In this document: piece by piece, positions 24,242 to 34,900 of the stretch
Layout: the number at the start of each line of letters is the position of its first letter
Position numbering within the stretch: position 1 is the stretch's first letter
Origin: a virus
Lineage: Duplodnaviria; Caudoviricetes
DNA: 37,908 nt
Reading direction: 5' to 3' (one strand)
IMG/VR virus record: IMGVR_UViG_3300032255_000170
Span: 1 to 37,908 of that record
Notes under the pieces: model-generated
Database searches by the model: none
Seen by the model: only the letters and a program-made list of their open reading frames with translations
Told to the model about the DNA's origin: nothing
Translations under genes and position numbers: made by a program

Positions 24242-24847
24242 ATGACACCTTTTGAAATCATCACCGCACCGATGAAGGTTTACATCGCCCCGATCGGCGA
24301 AGCCTTCCCCGATATCGATGCCGCACCCGCTGGCAATTGGGAGCTGCTCGGCACGAACGGCGACCGGTCTTACGAAGAGAGCGGCGTCACCGTCTCCCAT
24401 TCGAAAAGCTACGACAAGGTCCGCACCGCTGGCGCGACTGGCCCGGTTAAATCGACCCTGCGCGAAGAGGATATGATGGTCCGGCTGACGCTGCTCGATC
24501 TCACTCTCGAGCAGTATAAGAACGCGCTCAACGGCAACACTGTGACCACGGTCGCAGCCGGTTCAGGCACTGCTGGCAGCAAGAAGATCGGCCTGTCGCA
24601 AAGCGTCGGCCGGACACGCGAATTCGCTCTGCTGGTGCGCGGCCAGTCGCCTTACGATGAGACGATGAACGCGCAGTACGAAGTGCCCCGGTGCTATGAC
24701 AGCGGCAGCGCCGAGCCAGTCTTCCGCAAGGGCGGCAGCGGCGCGGCTCTCGCGCTCGAATTGACCGCGCTCGAGGATTTGAGCGCATCCAGCGAAGAAG
24801 AGCGTTTCGGGCGTTTCGTCGCGCAACATCAGGACGCTTTGCCCTGA
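24242..24847 (+). CDS. Major tail tube protein
   Basis: Strong AGGAG SD; VYIAPIG..FP...W..LG...GVT motif; between the terminator and chaperone genes. Confidence 0.82.
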   Translation: MTPFEIITAPMKVYIAPIGEAFPDIDAAPAGNWELLGTNGDRSYEESGVTVSHSKSYDKVRTAGATGPVKSTLREEDMMVRLTLLDLTLEQYKNALNGNTVTTVAAGSGTAGSKKIGLSQSVGRTREFALLVRGQSPYDETMNAQYEVPRCYDSGSAEPVFRKGGSGAALALELTALEDLSASSEEERFGRFVAQHQDALP

Positions 24848-24939
24848 TCGCAGCCTAACGGGGCAGGCACTTTTCTAGTCCTCTTGGGTCTGCCCCGACC
24901 AACCTTTCCGCCTCACAATTCCAGCCAAAGGAAACCGGC

Positions 24940-25500
24940 ATGCCCGCCCCGGACACCCAAGCCGCCGACAATCAGCCCGCCGCCATCGATGAGCCGGATC
25001 GCCCGGCGCTGCTCGATCTCGACACGCTTGTCGTTCGCCCGCTCATCAACATCGATGAGGCGAAGTTCGAAATCCTGCATCCCAATGAATTGAGCGTGAT
25101 CGCGCAGGCCCGGTTTGGCCGCGATGGCCGCCGGATCGATGAATTGGAAAAGGACGACAGCGCCAAGGCCGAGGAAGAGCTGGAGCAGCTGATCAACCGG
25201 ACAGCGCGCAAAATTGCTGTCGGCGTTCCCGATACCGTTTGGGCCAAGCTGAGCGGGTCGCATCATTGGGCGATCGTCGACCTTTTTACCGGACTCTCGC
25301 TGCGACAGAAGATGGCAGTGGCGGGAGCGATGTACAAAGCCAGCGGGGACATGGAGACGCTGTTCCGCCCGCAAGCGGACGCCAGTCCCGCACCGACTGG
25401 GGCAAAGTCATCCCCGAACTTCAACGCTTCTATGGAGGCAGCCCCGCGAGCTGGCTGGATCAAATCCCTGCGGGCCTTGTTAGGGCCTACATCCGGATGA
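24940..25500 (+). CDS. Tail assembly chaperone (G-like)
   Basis: Position between the tube and tape measure genes; overlapped by a -1 frame ORF. Confidence 0.7.
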   Translation: MPAPDTQAADNQPAAIDEPDRPALLDLDTLVVRPLINIDEAKFEILHPNELSVIAQARFGRDGRRIDELEKDDSAKAEEELEQLINRTARKIAVGVPDTVWAKLSGSHHWAIVDLFTGLSLRQKMAVAGAMYKASGDMETLFRPQADASPAPTGAKSSPNFNASMEAAPRAGWIKSLRALLGPTSG

Positions 25501-25733
25501 TGCCGCGGCTTCAAGCCAGCGAGCAGCTCGACGCCATCCGCGTCGGCAGCATCGCGGGCGGCAATATGGAAAAGCAAGCACGGACCGACGCGATCCGCAC
25601 CCTGCAAAGACGCGCCAATGACGGGTCTCAGACCGGCAGTCAGCCTGCGCGCCGCGCCACTGTGCAAGATATGGCCGGAATGGGCATAGGCGTGCGCTTG
25701 GCCGCTCCAGCGACGGAGGCCTCCGGTGGCTGA
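25398..25733 (+). CDS. Tail chaperone T-like segment, probably made as a -1 frameshift extension (start uncertain)
   Basis: -1 frame open 25239-25733 (WGKVIPELQRFYGG...); alternative own ATG at 25497. Confidence 0.55.
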   Translation, partial: WGKVIPELQRFYGGSPASWLDQIPAGLVRAYIRMMPRLQASEQLDAIRVGSIAGGNMEKQARTDAIRTLQRRANDGSQTGSQPARRATVQDMAGMGIGVRLAAPATEASGG

Positions 25734-27975
25734 AACGCTTGGCGATGCTCTCCTCAACATTCGCACCAATGACGGCACGTTCTATTCGGATGTGAACCGG
25801 GCAAAAGGCGCGTCTGAGCAGCTTGGCGCGTCGATGGATAAGACATCGGGCAGCAGCAAGAAGCTCGCCACCGAAATGTCGCAGACCGGGCGCAGCGCCA
25901 AAACGATGGGAGACGGGTTTCAGGCAACCGGCAAGAAGGTCACTCAATCAGCAGGTTCGCAGCGCGCCGGGATGCAGCAGCTGAGCTTTCAGCTCAACGA
26001 TGTCGCCACAATGTACTCACTGGGCGCGCGGCCGATGCAAATCTTCGCCTCGCAATCGGGTCAAGTGGTCCAAGCGGTGCAGTTGATGACAGGCGGGACC
26101 AGCAAGCTTGCTGGCTTCCTCGGTGGTCCTTGGGGCATCGCGCTTACATCAGCCGCGATCGTCCTGACGCCGTTTATCGCCAAACTGTTTCAGGCGGAAG
26201 ATGCGCTGGAGGCGGTTGAGTTCGCATCCGACAATCTGGGCGATGCACAGGACATCCTGCGCAGCGTGATCGACACAACAACCGGCAGCATCGATCGGCA
26301 GCGCACTGCGTTGCTGTTGCTGGCGCAGGCGAAGGCGCTGGCCGCCGTTCAAGGCTCGCGTGAGCGGACGCAGGAGCTGCGCGGCGATCTAGAAGGCGCA
26401 GCGGGTGAAACCGAGTTGGTGCGCGGGTTGTTTGGCCTCCCTATTCCGGGCGGAACGCCCGGTTCGGGGCGAGGTCTTTTGAGGAAGAAAACCGACACCG
26501 CCAATATCGTTCGCGGTATGCTGGATGGCTCGATCACGGCGCAACAGGCTACCGAACAGCTCGGCGCTCTGCGCGCGTCAGGATCGATCAGCGCGAACGA
26601 CGAAATTCAACTTTCCAGCACCATCGCCAATCTGGGCGTTGAGAACGTCAACCTCGACCGCAATCAGGCGATGCTGCGGTTCTTGAATGATGAAGCAACG
26701 GCCGAGGACCGCGAGTTGCTTGGCATTAGCGATCTGGTTGATGATCCGGACAAGCCCGGCGCCCGAAATTCTCGCGCCCGATCGCGGCGCGGTTCACGCG
26801 GGCCATCACAATCAGAGATCAATTCGCGCTATGAGGCCGATCTGGTGGCGGTCACTCAACGCATTTTGCAGGCGCGCGCCCAGATCGCAACAAATGCCGA
26901 GGACCGGGCTAAGCTTCAGCTGCGCCAAGTCGAATTGAGCCGCCGCACTGCACAAGCCGAAATCGAGGCTGATGAGCACCTAAGCGATGTTCAAAAGGGA
27001 GAGTTGATCGCTGCTGAAGAACGGCTGGCGATGGCTGAGCGCGAGGTGGTCGAATTTAACAAGCGCGGGCAACTTGAAAGCGAAGCCCGCGCGCTATCCG
27101 AAGAGCGATACACCAACACCCGCGAGGCGCTCGACCTTGAACTCGAGCTGGCGGACACAGAGGCGGATCGCAAGGCGATTGCGCTCAAAACACTAGAGGC
27201 GGAAGAACAATTCCTGCGGCAACGACTGCTTGCGATTATCTTCAGTGAAACCGCTACCCAAGCGGAAAAAGAGCGGGCGGAAGTGGCGCTGGCCGCTATC
27301 CGCAATACCTCTGCCGGTCGCCGGGCCGCAGTCGCCCGGGCGAATGAGACAAGCGTCGAAGGTTATCTGCGCGGACTTGATCTAAGCAAAGAGCAGCTCA
27401 ACGAGGCAATTGACGGGATTACAATCAGCGGGCTGGAGAACCTGAACGAAGGCCTGATCGACGTGATCACCGGGGTTCAATCGCTGGGTGACGTTTTTTC
27501 CAGCGTCGCGGACCAGATTATCTCCGATCTTTTGCGGATCGCGATACAGCAAGCGATCATCAAACCACTGGCAGAAAGTCTGTTTGGCGGTGGTGGTAGT
27601 GGGGGAGGCGATCTTGGCGGATCGATCAGCGGCATCGGCGAGTTGTTCGCTGGGTTCTTTGCGACCGGCGGCCTGATCCCGAACGGTCAATTTGGCATCG
27701 TGGGCGAGGAAGGGCCAGAGGCGGTCTTCGCCACGTCCAGCGGCCTTAATGTGGTCCCCGCTGGCAAGACACGCCAGATGACAGGCGCTGATGGCGGCGC
27801 AGGCACCAGCGTTTCCATTCCTATCAGCATCGATGCGACCGGCGCGGATGCAGCCGGGCTGGAGCGGGTGCGCGCCGAAATACGGCGGTTAAGGCAAGAG
27901 CTGCCCGGCACGATCATCACCACAATCCAAGATGCCGACAGCCGCCGCATCATCAATTTGCAAGGTGGGTTATGA
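25726..27975 (+). CDS. Tape measure protein
   Basis: Lambda-type QLSFQLNDVAT...QSGQVVQ region, long helical body, C-terminal FATGG...VGEEGPE. Confidence 0.92.
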   Translation: MAETLGDALLNIRTNDGTFYSDVNRAKGASEQLGASMDKTSGSSKKLATEMSQTGRSAKTMGDGFQATGKKVTQSAGSQRAGMQQLSFQLNDVATMYSLGARPMQIFASQSGQVVQAVQLMTGGTSKLAGFLGGPWGIALTSAAIVLTPFIAKLFQAEDALEAVEFASDNLGDAQDILRSVIDTTTGSIDRQRTALLLLAQAKALAAVQGSRERTQELRGDLEGAAGETELVRGLFGLPIPGGTPGSGRGLLRKKTDTANIVRGMLDGSITAQQATEQLGALRASGSISANDEIQLSSTIANLGVENVNLDRNQAMLRFLNDEATAEDRELLGISDLVDDPDKPGARNSRARSRRGSRGPSQSEINSRYEADLVAVTQRILQARAQIATNAEDRAKLQLRQVELSRRTAQAEIEADEHLSDVQKGELIAAEERLAMAEREVVEFNKRGQLESEARALSEERYTNTREALDLELELADTEADRKAIALKTLEAEEQFLRQRLLAIIFSETATQAEKERAEVALAAIRNTSAGRRAAVARANETSVEGYLRGLDLSKEQLNEAIDGITISGLENLNEGLIDVITGVQSLGDVFSSVADQIISDLLRIAIQQAIIKPLAESLFGGGGSGGGDLGGSISGIGELFAGFFATGGLIPNGQFGIVGEEGPEAVFATSSGLNVVPAGKTRQMTGADGGAGTSVSIPISIDATGADAAGLERVRAEIRRLRQELPGTIITTIQDADSRRIINLQGGL

Positions 27976-28667
27976 TCCTTAATCAACCAGAGACACTGTC
28001 CGGCATCGCGCAAGTGAGCTTTGAGCCGCAGCGCATCGATTACAGCGCGCCCCAAGCCAGCGGCAAGCAGGGCGGTGTGCAGGCCGGTTGGCCGCTTTGG
28101 GCCGCGCAATTTGATATCGACCGCAGCGATCCGGCGTCGGCGGATTTATGGCGCGCGTTCTTTGCCCGGCTGCGCGGCCGCATTCGCCGGTTCTACGCCT
28201 ATGATACGACACGCCGCCGCCCGCTGGCGCACCGGTTTGATCTGCTAACTTTGATCCGCGCTGGTGGCGGCGCGTTCAATGGCGCGGCGACCAGCTGGAG
28301 CCAGTCGATCGACGCCGATGGCGAGGCCGCCGTCACGCTCAACGGATTGCCTGCTGGCATGGCCTTGTCGATCGGCGATTACATTGGGTTCAAATGGGAC
28401 GCTGCGGGGGCGGTAAGCGGCTCTTACGAGCGGCGGACCTTGGCGCGCGTGGTTCTTCCATCTGTGGCGGATGGTGCCGGGCAGGTGGTGGCCACGGTTG
28501 AGCCGCCGCTCAACACGAACCTCGTTCCAGCAGGCGCGATCGCCCATCTCGATGATCCCATGTGCGTCATGCAGCAAGTGACCGAGGGATCGCAGCTGGG
28601 GCCGGTTGTTGAAGCCAACATCTTGAGCGGAGCGACCATCATTGCGGTGCAGGATTTGCGCCCATGA
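27972..28667 (+). CDS. Distal tail/tip protein
   Basis: Follows the tape measure; WRAFFARLRGR...YD..RRRP...VEPPL. Confidence 0.7.
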   Translation: MILNQPETLSGIAQVSFEPQRIDYSAPQASGKQGGVQAGWPLWAAQFDIDRSDPASADLWRAFFARLRGRIRRFYAYDTTRRRPLAHRFDLLTLIRAGGGAFNGAATSWSQSIDADGEAAVTLNGLPAGMALSIGDYIGFKWDAAGAVSGSYERRTLARVVLPSVADGAGQVVATVEPPLNTNLVPAGAIAHLDDPMCVMQQVTEGSQLGPVVEANILSGATIIAVQDLRP

Positions 28668-29305
28668 AGTCGATCGCACCAGCTGCGCTTGCGGCGCTTG
28701 CCGATGGCACAGGCATCGTGGTTGGCGCGGTTGAGATTGCCAGCACGCCGCCAATCCGGGTGTGGGGCGGGCATCATCTCTTAACGCTCGAAGGCAATGA
28801 TTTTGAACCGGTTGGCGATCGGGCCTTGGTCAATGTGGCGGGCGGTGCCTTGGGGAGCGCTGCGCAGAGCATCACACTTACCCTATCCGGCATCGATCCA
28901 GAGACGCTGGCACTGCTCGATGCCAGCGAGGTCGCTGGAGCCTCGACTGTTCTTTGGCGACTGGTCTACGATCAGAGCGGCACGCTCCTGTTGGGTTATG
29001 ACGTTTGGGCGCGTGGGAGTATCGACACCCTGCCACGCAACGAAAAGGTTGGCGGCGAAGCGGTAATAAGCGCTTCGTTGGAAACCCCAGCGCGCGGTTT
29101 GGGCCGCCGAGGCGCGCGGATGCGGTCGGATGCTGATCAGCGCCTGATCGACCCGCTGGACGGTTTTTTCAAGAACACGGCATTCGCAGCGGAAAAGACG
29201 CTTTATTGGGGCGGGCGGCGTCCGTCGCAGGCGGGCAGCGTGGTGAACGGCGGTCGCTCGAATTCCAATGGCGGCGGTGGCGGCACCGATTTGCAGCAAC
29301 GATGA
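28664..29305 (+). CDS. Tail tip/hub protein
   Basis: ITLTLSGIDP...RSDADQRLIDPLDGFF...LYWG; synteny. Confidence 0.7.
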   Translation: MKSIAPAALAALADGTGIVVGAVEIASTPPIRVWGGHHLLTLEGNDFEPVGDRALVNVAGGALGSAAQSITLTLSGIDPETLALLDASEVAGASTVLWRLVYDQSGTLLLGYDVWARGSIDTLPRNEKVGGEAVISASLETPARGLGRRGARMRSDADQRLIDPLDGFFKNTAFAAEKTLYWGGRRPSQAGSVVNGGRSNSNGGGGGTDLQQR

Positions 29306-29751
29306 CGGTGCCGCCGCTTCCTCTTTCGCGCAATATTCCAGCGCTGATCGCGATGATCGATGCGCGTGCCGAGTGGGGGCATCGCTGGGTCCGTGGGCGC
29401 GATTGCGTCAGTTTCGCACTTCGCTGTGTCGAGGCACAGACCGGCGTTGATCTGCTCGCGGGAATTCCGACCTGGTCTAATCGGCGCGAGGCTCTGGATG
29501 TCACGCGCGGCCTTGGCGGGTTGGTCGCAGCGCTCGATGACCGGATGGCGATGGCCGCGCCTGCTTTGGCGCAGCGCGGCGATGTCGCCGGATTGCCAGA
29601 CAAAGCGTTCGGCGTGCGCTTGATGGTGGTTGAAGGGGCGACTTTGGTTGGGCCGGGACAAGGACGGCTCGAGCGTTTGCCGCGCAGCGCAATGATGTGC
29701 GCATGGTCCGCCTCCACCGCTGGATTCGGCATGGCGGGGATTGGTGCATGA
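29302..29751 (+). CDS. NlpC/P60-like tail assembly protein (DUF6950-like)
   Basis: RDCVSFA...EAQTGVD...AQRGDV; synteny. Confidence 0.7.
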   Translation: MTVPPLPLSRNIPALIAMIDARAEWGHRWVRGRDCVSFALRCVEAQTGVDLLAGIPTWSNRREALDVTRGLGGLVAALDDRMAMAAPALAQRGDVAGLPDKAFGVRLMVVEGATLVGPGQGRLERLPRSAMMCAWSASTAGFGMAGIGA

Positions 29752-31892
29752 GTAAGGTCGTCAGGGTCATCGTTGGTGCGGCCGCAATCGTAGGCGGTGC
29801 GTTGACGGGCAATTTTGCTCTGATCGCCACTGGTATTTCAATGGTCGGCGGCGCATTACTCGGACCTAAGCAGCCTCAGAGCGATCGCACCGCAGTTGCT
29901 GCGCAGCTGCAATTGGGCGAGGTGCCGCGCGGCGCGATCGCGGGCCGCGCCGGAATAGATGGCAGTCTGGTCGATGCCTTTAATCACGGCGGAGATGATG
30001 GCACCGATTGGGAGGTCTTGGTCATCGCTCTGGCCGATCACGAATGCGACGCGCTGGAGGGGTTTTATGTCGGCGACACCTATGTTGCCTTCACTGGTGA
30101 CGGGGCGGTTGCTGGCTACAACGGTCAGCTTGAGGTTTATTGGAAATCGGGCACATACGATCAGACCGCATCAACCTATCTGACCGCGAATGGGCCGGGA
30201 TGGACGGCGAATGATCGGGGCCGATCTGTCGCCTATGTCGTGGCCGCATACAAAGCCGATGAACCCGATGCCGACAATCCGGTTTGGCCCAGCGGCCGCC
30301 CGCAGTTCAAATGGATCGTCCGGGGCCTCAAATGCTATCAGGCGCGGCTTGACACCAGCGTTGGCGGCAGCGGCGCGCACCGCCGCAATGATCCCTCTAC
30401 GTGGCAGTGGACAGAGAACCTTATCGATATCCGCTACAATTGGGTGCGCGGCATTTATGCGGGCAACCGCGTGGATGAGCCGCAAAGCCTTTTGATCGGA
30501 CGCGGCCTATCGGCGATCGAGGCACCGCCTGCAAACGTGTTTGCGCGCGCCAATCTTTGCGATGAAATCGTTGGCGGAGCAGCGCGCTACCGGATTGGCG
30601 GGGCGATTTTCGCGACTGAGAAATTTGAGGATGTGGAGAATGATTTCGCTGCGGCCTGTGCCGGGATCATCGTACAGCGCGAGGGCAGCGTCGAGATCGA
30701 TCCGGGAGAGGCCAAATCGGTTGTAGCCAGCTTTACCGATGATGATCTAATTGTAGGCAGCAATGTCCAGTTTTCCGACTTTCTTGGCAGCGGCGATGCG
30801 GGATGGGTCAACACGGTCGTTGCCGCCTTTACCGATCCAGATCAAAAATGGACCGAGCTTGGTGCGCCGGTTAAGCGCGATGTTGCCGATATTGCCGCCG
30901 ATGGCGCGCCGCGCGAGCAGCAATTGAGCCTTGGCCTTGTCACGAACAGTCCGCAGGCGCAGCGGGTTGCCGAAATATTCCGCCGTCTTGGCCGTCTGTG
31001 GTGCAGAGCCCAAGTTACCCTGCCGCCAGCCTTCGCAGCGCTTGAAGAAGGGGATTGGGTCAATTGGACCAGCGACCGGCATTTTGGCGGCGTGACCAAA
31101 ACTTTCCGGATCGACGCGTTCGGTTCCGATGAAGGCTGGCGTCACCAATTGACCCTGCGCGAGATCGATGCCGCCGCCTATTCAGACGCCGCCGCCGAAG
31201 CCGATGGCGCGGTCGCTGTCCAGCAACCCGCACCAGCGGCTTTAACCGCGCCGGGCGCAGCGGCATGGAGTTCGGCCGGCACAATTGTGAGCGGATCGGG
31301 CGGATCAATCCCGGCGATTGTCGTCACGGGCGCTGTTGATCGATCCTTCGTCTCTTCGATCGTGGTTGAATACCGCGTCAACGGCGCAAGCACTTGGCAG
31401 CGATGGGGCGAGTTCAGCAGAGACTTCACATCGGCAACAATCACCGGCGTCGGCGATCAGACCGCATACGAAGTTGCCATCCGCTACATCGTCGACGGTG
31501 AGCGCACACCGCGCCTTGTGTTGGCGGCGGTCACAACGGGAGCGCTGTCGACGGCATCGGGCGCGCGCACGATCATCTCGCGCAGCGTGGCCTATCCTCT
31601 GACCAGCGATGACACCAGCATCTCCATCGCGGCCTTCACCGCCGTGCTCGATGACGGGCAAACGCTAAGCTTGCCAGCCGCCCCGCTCAGCCCGCTTGCA
31701 TCGGGCAGCAGTTTTGCCGTTTTTCGCAACATCGCCGCCGGGACATATTTCGCCGCAGCCTCTCCTGCGCTGAGCGAAATGGCCGATTCCGGGCTTGTCC
31801 TGATCGGCACCCAATCGACCAGTTCTGGCGGCACTTACACGCCGCCCGTCACGCCGGACGGCGTGGGAGGCGATGGAACGCAGCCGTATTAA
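29748..31892 (+). CDS. Central tail tip / host-specificity protein (lambda J-like) with Fn3-like domain
   Basis: VRGLKCY..R...TWQWTEN, ANLCDE, LEEGDWV, YEVAIRY. Confidence 0.85.
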   Translation: MSKVVRVIVGAAAIVGGALTGNFALIATGISMVGGALLGPKQPQSDRTAVAAQLQLGEVPRGAIAGRAGIDGSLVDAFNHGGDDGTDWEVLVIALADHECDALEGFYVGDTYVAFTGDGAVAGYNGQLEVYWKSGTYDQTASTYLTANGPGWTANDRGRSVAYVVAAYKADEPDADNPVWPSGRPQFKWIVRGLKCYQARLDTSVGGSGAHRRNDPSTWQWTENLIDIRYNWVRGIYAGNRVDEPQSLLIGRGLSAIEAPPANVFARANLCDEIVGGAARYRIGGAIFATEKFEDVENDFAAACAGIIVQREGSVEIDPGEAKSVVASFTDDDLIVGSNVQFSDFLGSGDAGWVNTVVAAFTDPDQKWTELGAPVKRDVADIAADGAPREQQLSLGLVTNSPQAQRVAEIFRRLGRLWCRAQVTLPPAFAALEEGDWVNWTSDRHFGGVTKTFRIDAFGSDEGWRHQLTLREIDAAAYSDAAAEADGAVAVQQPAPAALTAPGAAAWSSAGTIVSGSGGSIPAIVVTGAVDRSFVSSIVVEYRVNGASTWQRWGEFSRDFTSATITGVGDQTAYEVAIRYIVDGERTPRLVLAAVTTGALSTASGARTIISRSVAYPLTSDDTSISIAAFTAVLDDGQTLSLPAAPLSPLASGSSFAVFRNIAAGTYFAAASPALSEMADSGLVLIGTQSTSSGGTYTPPVTPDGVGGDGTQPY

Positions 31893-31925
31893 ACCGCCAC
31901 TGATCACCCGCTTAGGACCGAATAA

Positions 31926-34900
31926 ATGACACCTTCAGAAATCATCGCATCGCCTTACACAATCTGGATTGCTCCGGTCGATACTGCGTTTCCGGCAGTT
32001 AATGCTGCGCCCGGATCGGCCTGGACGAAGATCGGCACCAGCGGCGACCGCAGCTACAGCGAGAACGGCGTCACCGGCCGTCATATCCGCCGGAACGAAA
32101 CCACTCAGCCAGCGGGCAGCACTTCACCGACATACAGTTTTACCTCTGGCGAAGAATACAGGGTTGCGGCCGAGCTGTTCGATCTTTCGCTTGAACAATA
32201 CGCCCACGCTCTGGGCCAGAACGCAATTGTGGCAACATCGGCGCTTCCGGGCCTTCCCGGCACCAAGGTGATCGGATTGAGCATGAGGGCGCGCTCAGAG
32301 GACGTCTTTGCGATCATGGTGCGCGGCCCTTCACCGTATGGAGAAACGCTGCGCGCTCAATTTGAATTGCCGCGTTGCCGGGAGGCCGGGACTGGTCCGC
32401 AAGTCCGCCTGCGCCGAGGTGTTCCAGCAGCCTTGGCAATTGAGTTTGTGGCGCTCGAGGACCCGAATGCGGTGAGTGAAGATCAGCTCTTTGGGCGGCT
32501 TGTTGCGCAAACGGCGGACGAGTTGGCGCGGTCTGGCACATCTCCCAATCTCTACAGCTTTGCTGGCACGGGCTATCGCTGGCCGGTTGTGGGGCAGGCT
32601 GCGACCGAGACGTTCTTCGCGTCCGAATGGTATCACCACACCCCGGATTATGAGACGACCGACATCCGCTTCAACTGCCCCGCGTTCTGGTCGCCAACGG
32701 CGGGCGGTGAGGTGGCGATTGCGACCGGCGAGAGCATCACGATTCAGGGTGTTTCGATTGAGGTTTCTCCGGGGGTTTGGGTCGCGTGCGACGGCGCAGC
32801 CGAGACCGGTGTCGCCACGGTTGATGAGAACAATCTGAACGCGCTTTTACCGCGTGTGCAGGCCACACTGGCCGCCAATACAGCGTATCGCTGCCGCATA
32901 GCTGGTTTCTTTTCCAGCGCCGGTTTGGTTGTTCCGCGCAACACCTTGGCACCGGGCGGCGGCGCGCCGGGCGGGCAGTCTCGGCGTGAAGGCGCGGCAA
33001 CAACACTTTTTGATCGCTTGTCAGCGACCGGATCGAACCTCGCAAACAACAGCGGTGCGGTTTACTACGTGCCAAGCTTTCCGGTGGCGAAGGGCGGTGA
33101 TGGTCGGCCCGCGGAACTGGTGGTGGGCGACAGCATTGGCCACGGGGGGAATGACACGCAGGCAGAGGCCGCATGGACCGCCCGAAACGCGGTTGGTTAT
33201 GTCGAACGCGGGTTGGACGACAACGGCGAAGGCTTGCGTATTGCATCCCACATCATGTGCATTCCCGGTCAGCGCCCAGTTGGTGCGTTCGGTTGGGATA
33301 ACCCGGCCAATTGGTCCGGCAAAATTGCGGCGTTGCAGGGTGTGTTTAACGCCAATGGCGATTGGCCGTTCGATGAAATCCTAAACCAGCACATCACCAA
33401 TTCCATTCCGTATTCGGGCACTTTGCGCACCGACATGGACACGTATTTCGATTTGCTGGCGAGCACGTTTGGGAAGCCAGTTTATCAGATCGAAGGACTG
33501 CCCGCGACAAGCAGCAGCGATGGTTTTGCCACGGTCGCCAATCAAACGCCGACATCGGGTTACGCGGCAGCGGGGGCAACACAAGGGCACCTGTGGGCGT
33601 TTAATGCCGATGTGGGTGGCGCGGACGGCCTCGGCGATGCAGCGGCTTACTATCGCGCTTCTGGCAAGATTGCAGGCTCCATCGCCCCTTGGCGTTTGAC
33701 CAGCGCAGACACGACAACAGGCCGGGATAAATGGGCGGTCCGACCATTCGCGACCACACTGGCATCGGCGTATGCAAGCGGCAATGACATCATTTTGACG
33801 GCGGCACCGGACATCGGGGCGGCTATCAATATGAACCAGAACACCGGGGGCTTTGGCACTCTGCGAACGGTCACGGCGGTTTCTGGCACTGGGCCTTTCA
33901 CAGTCACCCTGTCCGGCGCACCGGGCACAGCGGCCAATGCTGGCAACGCAGTGCAAGAGGCATGGGGCGACGGAATTCACCCATCGGGCACGGTTCATGC
34001 GGTGTTGGCGCAATCAATCATTGATTACAAAGTGACGCGCGGTTGGGCATCGCCGCTTATCGTGCCCGCGTTCACTTCGTCCTCTATCAGCGGCACGCCC
34101 GAGGACGGTCAAATCCTAACCGCCAACGCGGTCGTGACCGGCAATCCCGCCCCAACGCTGGCCTATCAATGGCAGAAAGCGGGCGTCAACATCAGCGGGG
34201 AGGCATCGCAAACAATCACACTCAACGCGGGCACGATGAGCCTGACCGACGCGGATATAATTAGCTGCGAGATCACTGCGACAAATTCAGTTGCATCGGC
34301 GGTCGCAGAGCCGACGATTGCCTTTGTCGGCGCGTCCGGCGCGGTGCCGACATTCCTCGCTACCATCAACGCATCGAGTGAAAGCGGCTATTTCGACATG
34401 ACCGCTGCGGTCATCAATGGTTCGGGCCGTTTTGAGGCAACCGATGACAATGGCGGCGCGGTGTTCACCACAGTGGGCACAAGCGTTAATCCAAACATCG
34501 ATGGCACCTTGGGGGCGGTCTATCCTGACGGAACAACATTGATAACCCGCGCCCAAGCGGCGGGTCTTTACACACTTGTCTTTACGATGACGAAGGCTGC
34601 TGGTGTGGGCGATGCCGCCGATGCGTTTATGTTCGGCAATGACACCAGAATTAGGAGCGGCCAAACAACCGCGCTGACTGTCCCTGTTGAGGTTGACGGT
34701 GTGTCGATCACCACTGAGGATGCGTTGTATACCGCGCTCAATGACGCAGCCGAGCATACGATTGCTGTTCCGGGCTTTGACCGCAGCGCCGCGCTGGATA
34801 TTGATATTGGCCGCAGCGGTTCGGGTTTCCTTGGATCAGTCCGGCGTGTTGCGATCATCAGTGAAACCGACGCTGGCGGCAATCTGGCGACGTGGAAGGC

